Assembly (NCBI RefSeq): GCF_000406145.1
Contig: NZ_CM001976.1
Location: 2,655,116 to 2,687,115 of the forward strand
Length of the DNA stretch: 32,000 nucleotides
Source of the DNA: Dickeya dadantii NCPPB 898
GTDB lineage: Bacteria; Pseudomonadota; Gammaproteobacteria; Enterobacterales; Enterobacteriaceae
Direction: 5' to 3'
Part shown: positions 16,901 to 24,726 of the stretch, in pieces
Layout of the letters: each line of letters begins with the position of its first letter
How positions within the stretch are numbered: position 1 is the stretch's first letter
The notes under the pieces: generated by a model
What the model was told of the DNA's origin: nothing
The model's database searches: none
What the model saw: only the letters and a program-made list of their open reading frames with translations
Program-made: the position numbers and the translations under genes

Positions 16901-17768
16901 TGGCGATTTCCGCATAATCCGGGGTGATGGCGACGGTTTTGGTGCCTTTATAGCGCACTTCTGCGAAGAAGTGGGCGTCTGGGGTGCGGGTCTGCGGTAC
17001 GTTGGAACCCCAGGCGATAATGTACGATGAGTTATACCAGTCGGCCGATTCCGGCACGTCGGTTTGCTCGCCCCAGGTTTGCGGCGACGCGGGAGGCAAA
17101 TCGCAATACCAGTCGTAAAAACTGAGGCATACCCCGCCCAGCAGCGACAGGTAACGGGCGCCGGCAGCGTAGGACACCATCGACATGGCCGGAATCGGCG
17201 AAAAGCCAATGACCCGGTCCGGGCCGAAGGTTTTGGCGGTATACACGTTGGCGGCGGCGATCAGTTCATTCACCTCCTGCCAGTCGGCGCGCACAAAACC
17301 GCCGCGCCCGCGTACCTGTTTGTATTCCTGCGTTTTGCTCGCGTCGCCGACAATCGACGCCCAGGCATCTACCGGGTCGGCATGATGCTGACGCGCCTCG
17401 CGCCACAGCTTCATCAAGCGTTTACGCACCATCGGGTATTTCAACCGATTGGCGCTGTAGAGATACCAGGAATAGCTGGCGCCGCGCGGGCAACCGCGCG
17501 GTTCGTGATTCGGCAGGTCCGGCCGGGTGCGAGGGTAATCGGTTTGCTGCGTCTCCCAGGTGACCAGCCCGTTTTTGACGTAAATCTTCCAGCTGCACGA
17601 ACCGGTACAGTTGACGCCATGCGTCGAACGCACCACCTTGTCATGTTGCCAGCGGCTGCGATAGCCGTCTTCCCAGTCACGGTTGGTATTCAATGTCTGG
17701 CCGTGATCGCCGGAAAACGGCTCGGCCAACTGTTTGAAATAACGTAACCGGTCAAGAAATTTGCTCAT
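13995..17768 (-). CDS. narG: Respiratory nitrate reductase alpha (Mo-bisMGD) subunit NarG
   Basis: 1257 aa from the ATG at 17768 (MSKFLDRLRYFKQ...), colinear with E. coli NarG over its whole length. The RBS GGAGAG is upstream. The 17834 start in the track adds 22 unrelated residues and is rejected. Confidence 0.97.
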   Translation of the reverse strand: MSKFLDRLRYFKQLAEPFSGDHGQTLNTNRDWEDGYRSRWQHDKVVRSTHGVNCTGSCSWKIYVKNGLVTWETQQTDYPRTRPDLPNHEPRGCPRGASYSWYLYSANRLKYPMVRKRLMKLWREARQHHADPVDAWASIVGDASKTQEYKQVRGRGGFVRADWQEVNELIAAANVYTAKTFGPDRVIGFSPIPAMSMVSYAAGARYLSLLGGVCLSFYDWYCDLPPASPQTWGEQTDVPESADWYNSSYIIAWGSNVPQTRTPDAHFFAEVRYKGTKTVAITPDYAEIAKLCDQWLNPKQGTDSALALAMGHVILNEFHLKQPRQYFTDYVRRYTDMPMLVLLEARADGSYAAGRLLRAADLVGKLGQENNPEWKTIAIDEPTGELVAPQGSIGYRWGEQGKWNLEQREGSAQRDVNLQLSLLGHHDEVVSVGFPYFGGASSENFASVALDEVLLHRLPVKRLTLADGQQALVTSVYDLTLANYGVDRGLDDAQCATDYDQVKAYSPAWAEQITGVSRQNIIRIAREFADNADKTHGRSMIIVGAGMNHWYHLDMNYRGIINMLIFCGCVGQSGGGWAHYVGQEKLRPQTGWLPLAFGLDWQRPPRHMNSTSFFYNHSSQWRYETIAPQELLSPLADSSRFSGSLIDFNVRAERMGWLPSAPQLGANPLRIAEQAAAAGMSPQDYTVAELKAGRLRFAAEQPDNPQNFPRNLFIWRSNLLGSSGKGHEYMLKYLLGTEHGIQGQDLGQQGGVTPEEVEWRAQGGEGKLDLVVTLDFRMSSTCLYSDIVLPTATWYEKDDMNTSDMHPFIHPLSAAVDPAWESKTDWEIYKGLAKTFSRVCQGHLGVETDVVTLPIQHDSAAEMAQPLGVKDWKKGECDLIPGKTAPHIMTVERDYPNLYSRFTSLGPLLDKLGNGGKGISWNTQNEVDFLKRLNRVQEDGPAAGRPRIDSAIDAAEVILSLAPETNGQVAVKAWEALSKVTGRDHTHLAHPKEEEKIRFRDIQAQPRKIISSPTWSGLEDEHVSYNACYTNVHELIPWRTISGRQQLYQDHEWMRAFGESLLVYRPPVDTRAAQPLLNKKPNGNPEKALNFLTPHQKWGIHSTYSENLLMLTLGRGGPIVWLSEDDARELNIADNDWVEVFNANGALTARAVVSQRIPSGMTMMYHAQERLVNLPGSEVTGQRGGIHNSVTRVCPKPTHMIGGYAQLAYGFNYYGTVGSNRDEFVVVRKMNRIDWLDEDSHDDLSSHVQPHLQEKAR

Positions 17769-17870
17769 CCGGACTCTCCTGCTGCGGAACCTGACGGTTC
17801 CTGTCGTTATGAAGTACACGTGGGTTTTGCTCACTGAGGCGTAGGGTAGCCAGCCGGATAAGTGTCAGAA

Positions 17871-17884
17871 TTGACAGCGATCAA
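17871..17884 (-). promoter_or_regulatory. FNR box TTGACagcgATCAA in the narG promoter
   Basis: 9 of 10 matches to TTGAT-N4-ATCAA, centred about 110 nt upstream of the narG ATG. This is compatible with the class II (-41.5) arrangement known for E. coli narG. Confidence 0.65.
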
Positions 17885-17953
17885 GCCAGCCCGGGCCGGT
17901 TGACGCGGGAAACAGCGGAGATACCACCAAAGGATTACCCGAGAAAAACAAGA

Positions 17954-17966
17954 TAATGAACTGATA
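17954..17966 (-). promoter_or_regulatory. IHF consensus site (minus strand TATCAGTTCATTA = WATCAR-N4-TTR)
   Basis: Full match to the IHF core consensus inside an A/T-rich tract. It lies about 83 nt upstream of the FNR box centre, between the FNR box and the distal heptamer cluster, as in E. coli narG. Confidence 0.5.
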
Positions 17967-17994
17967 AAAAAGGAAATTTATTGATGCGTAACGT

Positions 17995-18039
17995 TCAGGT
18001 AAGACCATACTCACCCCCGGTGACTATTTGGAGGTAGTA
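17995..18039 (-). promoter_or_regulatory. Cluster of NarL-type heptamers (TACYYMT-like) in the distal narG control region
   Basis: TACTCAC (18008-18014, plus strand). On the minus strand: TACCTGA (from 17995-18001), TACCTCC (from 18030-18036) and TACTACC (from 18033-18039). All are imperfect matches. Further TACC-type heptamers lie at 17922-17928 and 17936-17942. Confidence 0.4.
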
Positions 18040-18096
18040 GGTCGTATCAGGCGACCGAAACCGGTGTTATCCCTGCCGCCCGACCTGCGATTGTTG

Positions 18097-18987
18097 TTAG
18101 CCGTATAGCGGTAGATCCTGCGCCAGAAAATCCAGTAACGTGCGGAGCGTGGCGGGCATATGCCGCCGCGACACATAGCAGGCGTAAATACCCAGCGCCT
18201 GGGTCTGGTAGTCGGGCAGCAGCGGCGTCAGTTCCCCGGCCTCCAGCCCGGCTCGCGCGACAAACTCCGGCAAACAGGCGACGCCTTCGCCGGCTCGCGC
18301 CGCATTCAACAGCACCAGCGTATCGTTAGCGATAACGCGCCCCGCCACCATCACCCGGTGCGGTGCTCCGTTTTCCCGGTGCGTGAAAAACCACTCCCTG
18401 CCGAGGCGCGTGTGATTGAGGCAATCGTGCCGTATCAGGTCATTCGGCGTGACCGGGTGTGCATGGCGGGCCAGATAGTCCGGCGCGGCGCACACCACCG
18501 ACGCGCAGTGGCCCAGCGGTTTGGCGATCAGGTTGTGATCGGGCGTGTTAGTGACGTCTACCGACAGATCAATGCGTTCTTCCACCAGCTTGATGGCGCG
18601 ATCCGTTAATATCAATTCCGTGGTGGTATGCGGGTAACGGGCGCGATAGCGGCTCAGTGCCGGCGATAGATAGAACTGCCCAAACGACACGCTGCTCGCG
18701 ATACGAATCACCCCGTGCGGCTCGGTGTCGCCGTGGCCGGAAAGCGCCGCCATGTCCTCCGACAACGCCAGAATCTGGCGGCAGCGCACCAGCATGTCGT
18801 TACCGGCGCTGGTCAGCCCCAGACTGCGGGTCGAACGGTGCAGCAGCCGCACGCCCAGCCAGTGCTCCAGCGAGGCAATGTAACGGGTGGCCATCGAACG
18901 TGACATATCCAGTTTGTTCGCCGCCGCCGTCAGGCTGCCCAGGTCCGCCACATCCACAAACACCTGCATGGCGATAAGACGATCCAT
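18097..18987 (-). CDS. LysR family transcriptional regulator
   Basis: 296 aa from the ATG at 18987 (MDRLIAMQVFVDVADLGSLTAAANKLDMSRSMATRYIASLE = LysR wHTH), followed by a LysR substrate-binding domain. AGGAG lies upstream. It is divergent from the MBL-fold gene. Confidence 0.9.
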   Translation of the reverse strand: MDRLIAMQVFVDVADLGSLTAAANKLDMSRSMATRYIASLEHWLGVRLLHRSTRSLGLTSAGNDMLVRCRQILALSEDMAALSGHGDTEPHGVIRIASSVSFGQFYLSPALSRYRARYPHTTTELILTDRAIKLVEERIDLSVDVTNTPDHNLIAKPLGHCASVVCAAPDYLARHAHPVTPNDLIRHDCLNHTRLGREWFFTHRENGAPHRVMVAGRVIANDTLVLLNAARAGEGVACLPEFVARAGLEAGELTPLLPDYQTQALGIYACYVSRRHMPATLRTLLDFLAQDLPLYG

Positions 18988-19052
18988 AGCGCTCCTGTTG
19001 ACCGATATATGCAACAAACTATGGCCTATTTTAGGGTTTATTCGCTCACATC

Positions 19053-19072
19053 AGGAAGCAATAATAATTCCT
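19053..19072. promoter_or_regulatory. Interrupted dyad AGGAA-N10-TTCCT in the LysR/MBL divergent intergenic region (candidate LTTR box)
   Basis: 19053-19057 and 19068-19072 are reverse complements around an A/T-rich spacer, between the divergent starts at 18987 and 19092. It is not a canonical T-N11-A box. Confidence 0.3.
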
Positions 19073-19091
19073 TGTCTGTAGAAATTCTGCT

Positions 19092-20195
19092 ATGAGATTG
19101 ATTATGTTTAAAAAATACCTCTTGTTGTGCTTTACTGCCGGACTGCTGGCAGCGCCGGGCGCCTCCGCGCTGGCGCAAACGCCGCCTTCCCCCCGCAGCG
19201 CCGCGCCGCAGTCATTAGCCGGTTGCCCGTCCGACGCCATCAACGCGCGGTTTGCCGAATTCGGCCGCACCGGCCGCATGCTGCCAGACCTGAACCAGTG
19301 GCTGAATGACCCACAGGCGCAGGCTATCCCGCCCTATCAGGCGTTCGATAATGTCTACTTCGTCGGGGTTTGCTGGGTTTCCGCCTGGCTGATTAAAACC
19401 AGCGGCGGTCCGGTGCTGATTGATACGCTGCATGAACCGTATGTTGACCGGTTGATCGCCAATATCCGGCAAGTCGGCGTCGACCCGGCGGATATTAAAC
19501 TGGTGTTGATGACCCACGGTCATTTCGACCATGTGGGCGGCGCTTATAAAATCAAAGCGTTGAGTCAGGCGCGATTCGTCATGACCCAGGCCGGCTGGGA
19601 CGAAGCGCGGGAAGACGCCGAACAATCGCAACATTCGCCCCATCCCTGGAAAATGCTGGATAACGCCGACATCGTGGCGCAGGACGGCCAGACCTTCACC
19701 GTCGGCGATACCACCTTTTACGCTTACGCCACTCCCGGTCATACCTGGGGAACCACGTCCTACGCCTTTGATGTCAAAGACGGCGGCAACGCCTATCGGG
19801 CTATCACCATCGGAGGAATGGGGTTGAATGCCATCGAAAATGCCCGGCAGGTACAAGCCTATATCGCCAGCATCGACCGTCTGAAGCGGCTGATTACCGA
19901 TCCGCAACACCCGATCGCGGTTCACCTGACCGCGCACCCGTTCAATACCGGGTTAACCGAAGCGAAAGAGCGCCTGAAGACACGCCAGCCGGGAGAGCCG
20001 CACCCGCTGGTCGACCAGGCCGCCTTGATTAAACAGCTGGATAGTGCCCGCGACGCGGCCGAACAACGCCTGCTCGCCGAGCAGAAAAAAGAAACAGGAA
20101 AACAAGAAGTAAGCGACATAAGTTCCGATGCTATCCGCACCGATGGCGCTGAAATCTATCGTGCCGGGGCTCACCGCCCCGGCACGATACGATGA
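19092..20195 (+). CDS. Secreted MBL-fold metallo-hydrolase, subclass-B3 metallo-beta-lactamase-like
   Basis: Signal peptide (...LLAAPGASALA/QTPP). Motifs THGHFDH, PGHTWGTTSY and HLTAHPF match the B3 His116-x-His118-x-Asp120-His121 / His196 / His263 pattern. A C-terminal helix resembles that of L1. An alternative start is the ATG at 19104. Confidence 0.8.
   Translation: MRLIMFKKYLLLCFTAGLLAAPGASALAQTPPSPRSAAPQSLAGCPSDAINARFAEFGRTGRMLPDLNQWLNDPQAQAIPPYQAFDNVYFVGVCWVSAWLIKTSGGPVLIDTLHEPYVDRLIANIRQVGVDPADIKLVLMTHGHFDHVGGAYKIKALSQARFVMTQAGWDEAREDAEQSQHSPHPWKMLDNADIVAQDGQTFTVGDTTFYAYATPGHTWGTTSYAFDVKDGGNAYRAITIGGMGLNAIENARQVQAYIASIDRLKRLITDPQHPIAVHLTAHPFNTGLTEAKERLKTRQPGEPHPLVDQAALIKQLDSARDAAEQRLLAEQKKETGKQEVSDISSDAIRTDGAEIYRAGAHRPGTIR
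20158..20188. other. 12-bp perfect-stem hairpin between the convergent MBL-fold gene and narK, lying inside the last codons of the MBL ORF
   Basis: ATCGTGCCGGGG (20158-20169) pairs with CCCCGGCACGAT (20177-20188) around a 7-nt loop. There is no U-run on either strand. Confidence 0.5.
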
Positions 20196-20203
20196 GACAA
20201 ACA

Positions 20204-21595
20204 TCAGGAACGGGTTTTACGTCCGTAACACAGCCAGGTGATAACCACGCAGGCAATGTAGAACACCACGAAGATCTTCATAGCGCCGGCCGGCGAGCCG
20301 GTCATCGCCAGCGATGTGCCGAACGCTTTCGGGATGAAAAAGCCGCCGATAGCGCCGATGGCGGAGATGAATCCCAATGCCGCGGCGGTATCGGTCACCG
20401 CGCTGCGCTGCGCTTCGTCTTCGCCACCGCCCGCTGCGGTCACCCGCTCTACCGTCAATCCACGGAAAATCACCGCGATCATCTGGAAGGTCGACCCGCT
20501 CCCCAGCCCGGCCGTCAAAAACAGCAGCATGAAGATACCAAAGAACAGCAGGAAGGAACCGGGCTGATTGTCACCCGGCAACGCGGTGAACAACAGCACG
20601 GACAGGATCGCCATGAACACGAAATTGATCAGCGTCACCCGCACGCCGCCGAAGCGGTCCGACAGCATGCCGCCCACCGGACGCGCCAGCGCCCCTAACA
20701 ACGGACCGCAAAAGGCGTAATGCAGGATAATCACATCCGGGAACTGGGTTTTCGACAGCATGGCGAAACCGGCGGAAAAACCGATAAAAGAGCCGAACGC
20801 CGACAGATACAGTACGCTGAGGATCCACAAATGCGCCCGCTTAAGCACCGGCAACTGCTGACGCAGCGACGCTTTGGCGGTGGACAGATCGTTCATGCCG
20901 AACCAGGCCGCCGCCGACGCGATAAGCAGCAGCGGCACCCACACCCAGGGGGCATTCTGCAGCCAGACCTGACCGCCGTCCGGCTGCGCCACGCCATTGC
21001 CGGTAAAACTCAGCACCGGCAGAAAAATCACTACCGGCACCAGCAACTGCATCACGCTGACGCCGAGATTACCGAAGCCGCCATTCAAACCCAGCGCGCT
21101 GCCCTGCTGTGCTTTGGGAAAAAAGAAGCTGATATTAGCCATGCTGGAGGCGAAATTGGCGCCGGCGAACCCGCACAACAACGAAATAACGATGAATACG
21201 CTGTAAGGCGTTTGCGGGTCCTGTACCACGAACCCCAGCCACACACACGGGATGACCAAAATCAACGTACTGAAGGTGGTCCAGCGGCGCCCGCCCGCCA
21301 GCGGAATAATAAATGAATACGGCACCCGCAGCAGCGCGCCGGATACCGACGGTAAGGCGGTCAGCATAAACAGCTGATCGGTGGTGAAATGGAACCCAAC
21401 CTTGTTCAGGTTGACGGCCACGGTGCTGAACAACATCCAGACACAGAAAGCCAGCAACAGACAAGGAATTGAAATCCACAGGTTGCGTTGGGCGATGCCG
21501 CGCCCCTGTTTTTGCCAGAACTGAACGTCTTCCGGGCGCCAATCCCGGATAACAGTCTGTCGTGAATCGCCTGGCGTAATGGTTGACTGCGTCAT
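20204..21595 (-). CDS. narK: Nitrate/nitrite antiporter NarK (MFS)
   Basis: 463 aa, colinear with E. coli NarK (DWRPED..FWQ..RNLWISIPCLLLAFCVWMLFS..VAVNL.KVGF.FTTDQLFMLTALPSVSGALLRVPYSF). Confidence 0.95.
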   Translation of the reverse strand: MTQSTITPGDSRQTVIRDWRPEDVQFWQKQGRGIAQRNLWISIPCLLLAFCVWMLFSTVAVNLNKVGFHFTTDQLFMLTALPSVSGALLRVPYSFIIPLAGGRRWTTFSTLILVIPCVWLGFVVQDPQTPYSVFIVISLLCGFAGANFASSMANISFFFPKAQQGSALGLNGGFGNLGVSVMQLLVPVVIFLPVLSFTGNGVAQPDGGQVWLQNAPWVWVPLLLIASAAAWFGMNDLSTAKASLRQQLPVLKRAHLWILSVLYLSAFGSFIGFSAGFAMLSKTQFPDVIILHYAFCGPLLGALARPVGGMLSDRFGGVRVTLINFVFMAILSVLLFTALPGDNQPGSFLLFFGIFMLLFLTAGLGSGSTFQMIAVIFRGLTVERVTAAGGGEDEAQRSAVTDTAAALGFISAIGAIGGFFIPKAFGTSLAMTGSPAGAMKIFVVFYIACVVITWLCYGRKTRS

Positions 21596-21664
21596 AAAAA
21601 GCCTCGGTCAGTAAAAATACCTCTATCACTACGCGCCACATTAGAAGGTATGTCCGGGGCAAAG

Positions 21665-21678
21665 TTGATATACATCAA
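21665..21678 (-). promoter_or_regulatory. Perfect FNR box TTGATatacATCAA in the narK promoter
   Basis: 10 of 10 matches to the consensus, centred 76 nt upstream of the narK ATG. Confidence 0.75.
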
Positions 21679-21792
21679 CAGGTTGTTGGGTAAAAAAATG
21701 CACCTCTTTCGCTACCACTCCCAAGGGGGTAAGCGACAGTGACAAGTTAATGTCGTAGTTTCATACTGTTATAGTCATTTGCTTTGTCACTG

Positions 21793-21855
21793 TACTCACT
21801 ACTACCCCCTTATTGAAATTAAGTGGTACTTCTTTAGGGGTATGGGGTTACCCCT
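21793..21855. promoter_or_regulatory. NarL/NarP heptamer cluster in the narK-narX divergent region
   Basis: Two perfect TACCCCT heptamers in opposite orientation: AGGGGTA at 21836-21842 and TACCCCT at 21849-21855, 6 bp apart. Additional sites are TACTCAC (21793-21799), TACTACC (21800-21806) and TACCCCC (21803-21809). A further TACCACT...GGGGGTA pair lies at 21713-21731. Confidence 0.55.
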
Positions 21856-22015
21856 GAAAATAAGAAAAAATGACCTTGTGATGCGTGAGGCTGCTTCCCA
21901 CGGCAGGCAGCAGGATTCGGGTTTCTGTCGATCTCCATCAAAGCGTAGCACCATACCCGCGGTATAGTTTTTATCACACAAACGCGTTTCCACTTTCGTC
22001 ACAGGCGGTTTCCCG

Positions 22016-23827
22016 ATGTTCAGACGCTTTCGGCTTCCACTCTCGCTGGTCAATCAGGTGGCGTTGCTGATGTTGCTGCTGGGCCTGTTGGGGATTGCGG
22101 GCATGGCGGTTTCCAGTTGGATGTCGCAAAGCATTCAGGGCAACGCGCACGCCATCAATACCGCCGGCTCTCTGCGTATGCAAAGCTACCGGTTGCTGTC
22201 GATGGTGCCGCTCAACGCCGACAGTGAGCGCTATTTGCAGGAACTGGAACGGGATGAAAACGACGACGACCTGCGTCAGGCGGTGATGCGCGAGGGATTA
22301 AGCGAACAGTTCATCACCTTGCGACATTACTGGGCGGAACAGCTTAAACCGCGCCTGCGCCAGGCTGAACGCCCGACCGACGCCGCCGCCGCGGCGGCCG
22401 ATTTTGTCCATCATCTGGATACGCTGGTGCTGGCCATCGACCAGAAAACCGAAGCGCACCTGCGGCTGGTGACGCTAGTGCAACGCGTTTTTATCGGCAT
22501 CATGCTGTCGCTATTGCTGATCACCTTTTTCTATTTGCGCCACCGCCTGCTGGCCCCCTGGCGTAAGCTGGTGTCGATGGCGCAGGCCATCGGCCAGGGC
22601 GAATTCCATCAGCGTGTAACGCTGCGCGGTCAGGACGAAATGAGCACGCTGGCGCAGGCGCTGAACAATATGTCGGATGAGTTGTCGGCGATGTACCACG
22701 ATCTGGAGCGGCGGGTAGCGGAAAAAACCGCCGACCTGCAGCAGAAGAACGACACGCTGGCGTTTCTCTACCGCTCCAGCCGTCGGCTACATACCAGCAC
22801 GCCGTTATGCAGCCGGCTACTGCCGGTGCTGGATGAGCTGAGCGCGCTGATGCCGCTGTCCGATATCCGCTTACAGCTCTACGAAGACAATCATCAGGCG
22901 CATGTCACGCCGTCCAGCCTGACGCTTATTCCCGACCCCGACGCCTGCCCGGACAGCCACTGCCAACGCTGCGATCACCTTTCGCCGCCCCGCATGACGA
23001 CAGAAGGCAAACCGGTAAGCTGGAATCTGCACGACAAGCTCGGCCATTACGGCGTGGTGCTGGCGCGGTTGCCCGAAAATCAGCACCTGACGCCCGACCA
23101 GCACCAGTTGCTGAATACCTTACTGGAGCAACTGACCAGCACGCTGGCGCTGGAGCGGCAATCCAGCCATCAGCAGCAGTTGATGCTGATGGAGGAACGC
23201 GCCACCATCGCCCGCGAACTGCATGACTCCATCGCCCAGTCGCTGTCCTGTCTGAAGATTCAGATCAGTTGCCTGCAGATGCAGCACACCGCGCTAACGC
23301 CGGAGATACAACAGCAACTGAACGCCATGCGCGATGAAACCAATACCGCCTACCGGCAGCTACGCGAGTTGCTGACCACCTTCCGGCTCAAGCTGTCGGA
23401 ATCCGGCCTGCTGGCGGCATTGCGGGCCACCACGGACGAATTCAGTCAACGCCTCGGCTACGATATCGCGCTGGACTACCAGCTACCGTTACAGGCGGTG
23501 TCCGCCCATCAGGGCATTCATTTGCTGCAGATCGTGCGTGAGGCGTTGAGCAATATTTACAAACATGCGCAGGCTACGGCCGTTAACATCACCCTGCGTC
23601 AGCAACAACGACACATTGAGCTGCGCGTGCGCGATAACGGCATCGGTATCAGCGATGACATCGGCCGCGCCAATCATTACGGTTTGATTATTATGCGCGA
23701 CCGCGCCCGCAGCCTGCACGGCGACTGTACTATTCAACGTCTTGCGTCCGGCGGCACAGAAGTCTGCGTCAGCTTTCTGGCAGACTACCGCCAGCCACCC
23801 GTACTATCAGGAGAAAACCATGACTAA
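22016..23827 (+). CDS. narX: Nitrate/nitrite sensor histidine kinase NarX
   Basis: 603 aa, colinear with E. coli NarX (LVNQVAL..., P-box region [15 protein letters not shown]-like, [26 protein letters not shown]-box, C-terminal HATPase). Confidence 0.95.
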   Translation: MFRRFRLPLSLVNQVALLMLLLGLLGIAGMAVSSWMSQSIQGNAHAINTAGSLRMQSYRLLSMVPLNADSERYLQELERDENDDDLRQAVMREGLSEQFITLRHYWAEQLKPRLRQAERPTDAAAAAADFVHHLDTLVLAIDQKTEAHLRLVTLVQRVFIGIMLSLLLITFFYLRHRLLAPWRKLVSMAQAIGQGEFHQRVTLRGQDEMSTLAQALNNMSDELSAMYHDLERRVAEKTADLQQKNDTLAFLYRSSRRLHTSTPLCSRLLPVLDELSALMPLSDIRLQLYEDNHQAHVTPSSLTLIPDPDACPDSHCQRCDHLSPPRMTTEGKPVSWNLHDKLGHYGVVLARLPENQHLTPDQHQLLNTLLEQLTSTLALERQSSHQQQLMLMEERATIARELHDSIAQSLSCLKIQISCLQMQHTALTPEIQQQLNAMRDETNTAYRQLRELLTTFRLKLSESGLLAALRATTDEFSQRLGYDIALDYQLPLQAVSAHQGIHLLQIVREALSNIYKHAQATAVNITLRQQQRHIELRVRDNGIGISDDIGRANHYGLIIMRDRARSLHGDCTIQRLASGGTEVCVSFLADYRQPPVLSGENHD

Positions 23828-24467
23828 CGACGCCGCCACCGTGCTGCTGATTGACGACCATCCGATGCTGCGCAACGGCGTCAAGCAGTTGCTTAGCATG
23901 GCGCCCGACCTGCGCGTAGTCGGCGAAGCCAGCCACGGCGAGCAAGGCGTTACGCTGGCGGAACAGCTGGATCCGGATTTGATTCTGCTGGATTTGAACA
24001 TGCCCGGCATGAACGGGCTGGAAACGCTGGCCCGGCTGCGCGAAACCCCACTGTCCGGGCGTATCGTGGTGTTTACCGTTTCCAACCACGAAGAAGATGT
24101 GATCAGCGCGTTTAAAAGCGGTGCCGATGGTTATCTGCTCAAGGATATGGAACCGGAAGACCTGCTGGTGGCGCTGCATCAGGCCGCCGCCGGCAAAATG
24201 GTGCTCAGCGATGCCCTGACGCCGGTTCTGGCGGCCAGCCTGCGGGAAACGCGCAGCAGCGATACGCGGGATATCCAGCAACTGACCCCGCGGGAAAAAG
24301 ATATCCTGAAGCTGATCGCCCAGGGTCTGCCCAACAAGGTCATCGCCCGTAAGCTGACGATTACCGAAAGCACGGTGAAAGTACACGTCAAACATCTGCT
24401 GAAAAAAATGAAATTGCGCTCCCGGGTGGAAGCCGCAGTCTGGGTGGTGCAAGAGAAGATTTTTTAA
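23820..24467 (+). CDS. narL: Nitrate/nitrite response regulator NarL
   Basis: 215 aa from the ATG at 23820 ([24 protein letters not shown]...), near-identical in layout to E. coli NarL including the LuxR-type HTH. The RBS AGGAG is upstream. It overlaps the narX stop by 8 nt. The 23742 start in the track is rejected. Confidence 0.95.
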   Translation: MTNDAATVLLIDDHPMLRNGVKQLLSMAPDLRVVGEASHGEQGVTLAEQLDPDLILLDLNMPGMNGLETLARLRETPLSGRIVVFTVSNHEEDVISAFKSGADGYLLKDMEPEDLLVALHQAAAGKMVLSDALTPVLAASLRETRSSDTRDIQQLTPREKDILKLIAQGLPNKVIARKLTITESTVKVHVKHLLKKMKLRSRVEAAVWVVQEKIF

Positions 24468-24491
24468 CCGGCGGCGGCCGGACGCCGCCGG
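24468..24491 (+). terminator. GC-rich hairpin right after the narL stop codon
   Basis: CCGGCGGCG (24468-24476) pairs with CGCCGCCGG (24483-24491) around a 6-nt loop. No T-run follows, so intrinsic termination is uncertain. Confidence 0.35.
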
Positions 24492-24726
24492 CCAGCACCG
24501 CCACGCCGATGTCGCGCTTACTTTTTGAGGTCAAAAATTACAGTAAAATACACCCACCTACACTTCTATACGTTTATTTGCGTTACGGCTGATAAAGTAA
24601 CGCCCGTTCATGGTTTTTAGTACTTTATCGCCATTTTCCTAGATATTTCCCCATATTCCTTTCCTAGACTCACCTTGTTCGGCGTTTCATTGCGCTTTCG
24701 CCAGGCTTAACCGGAGGAAAAAGAGA

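Noticed and set aside
15198-17030. 610-aa plus-strand ORF (and neighbours 13983-15134 and 17064-17747) antisense to narG
   Set aside because: These ORFs are fully contained in and antisense to a gene with unambiguous full-length NarG homology. Their translations are Arg/Gly/Ala/His/Gln-rich and low in complexity, as expected for shadow ORFs in GC-rich coding DNA. No motifs are present.
17769-17834. 22-codon extension of narG to the ATG at 17834
   Set aside because: E. coli NarG starts MSKFLDRFRYFKQ. The matching ATG at 17768 has a GGAGAG RBS. The extension would also run into the predicted promoter.
19215-19937. 240-aa minus-strand ORF inside the MBL-fold gene; likewise 23769-24452 (antisense to narL), 11740-12303 (antisense to narJ), 10986-11567 (antisense to narI), 20192-21316 (antisense to narK), 9018-10079 (antisense to the ADH gene)
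   Set aside because: Each overlaps a confidently identified gene on the opposite strand. None has a motif or a plausible RBS.
24468-24491. The hairpins after narL and at 20158-20188 as confident intrinsic terminators
   Set aside because: Both are strong GC stems but lack a following U-run on the relevant strand. They are listed only at low confidence and labelled as hairpins.
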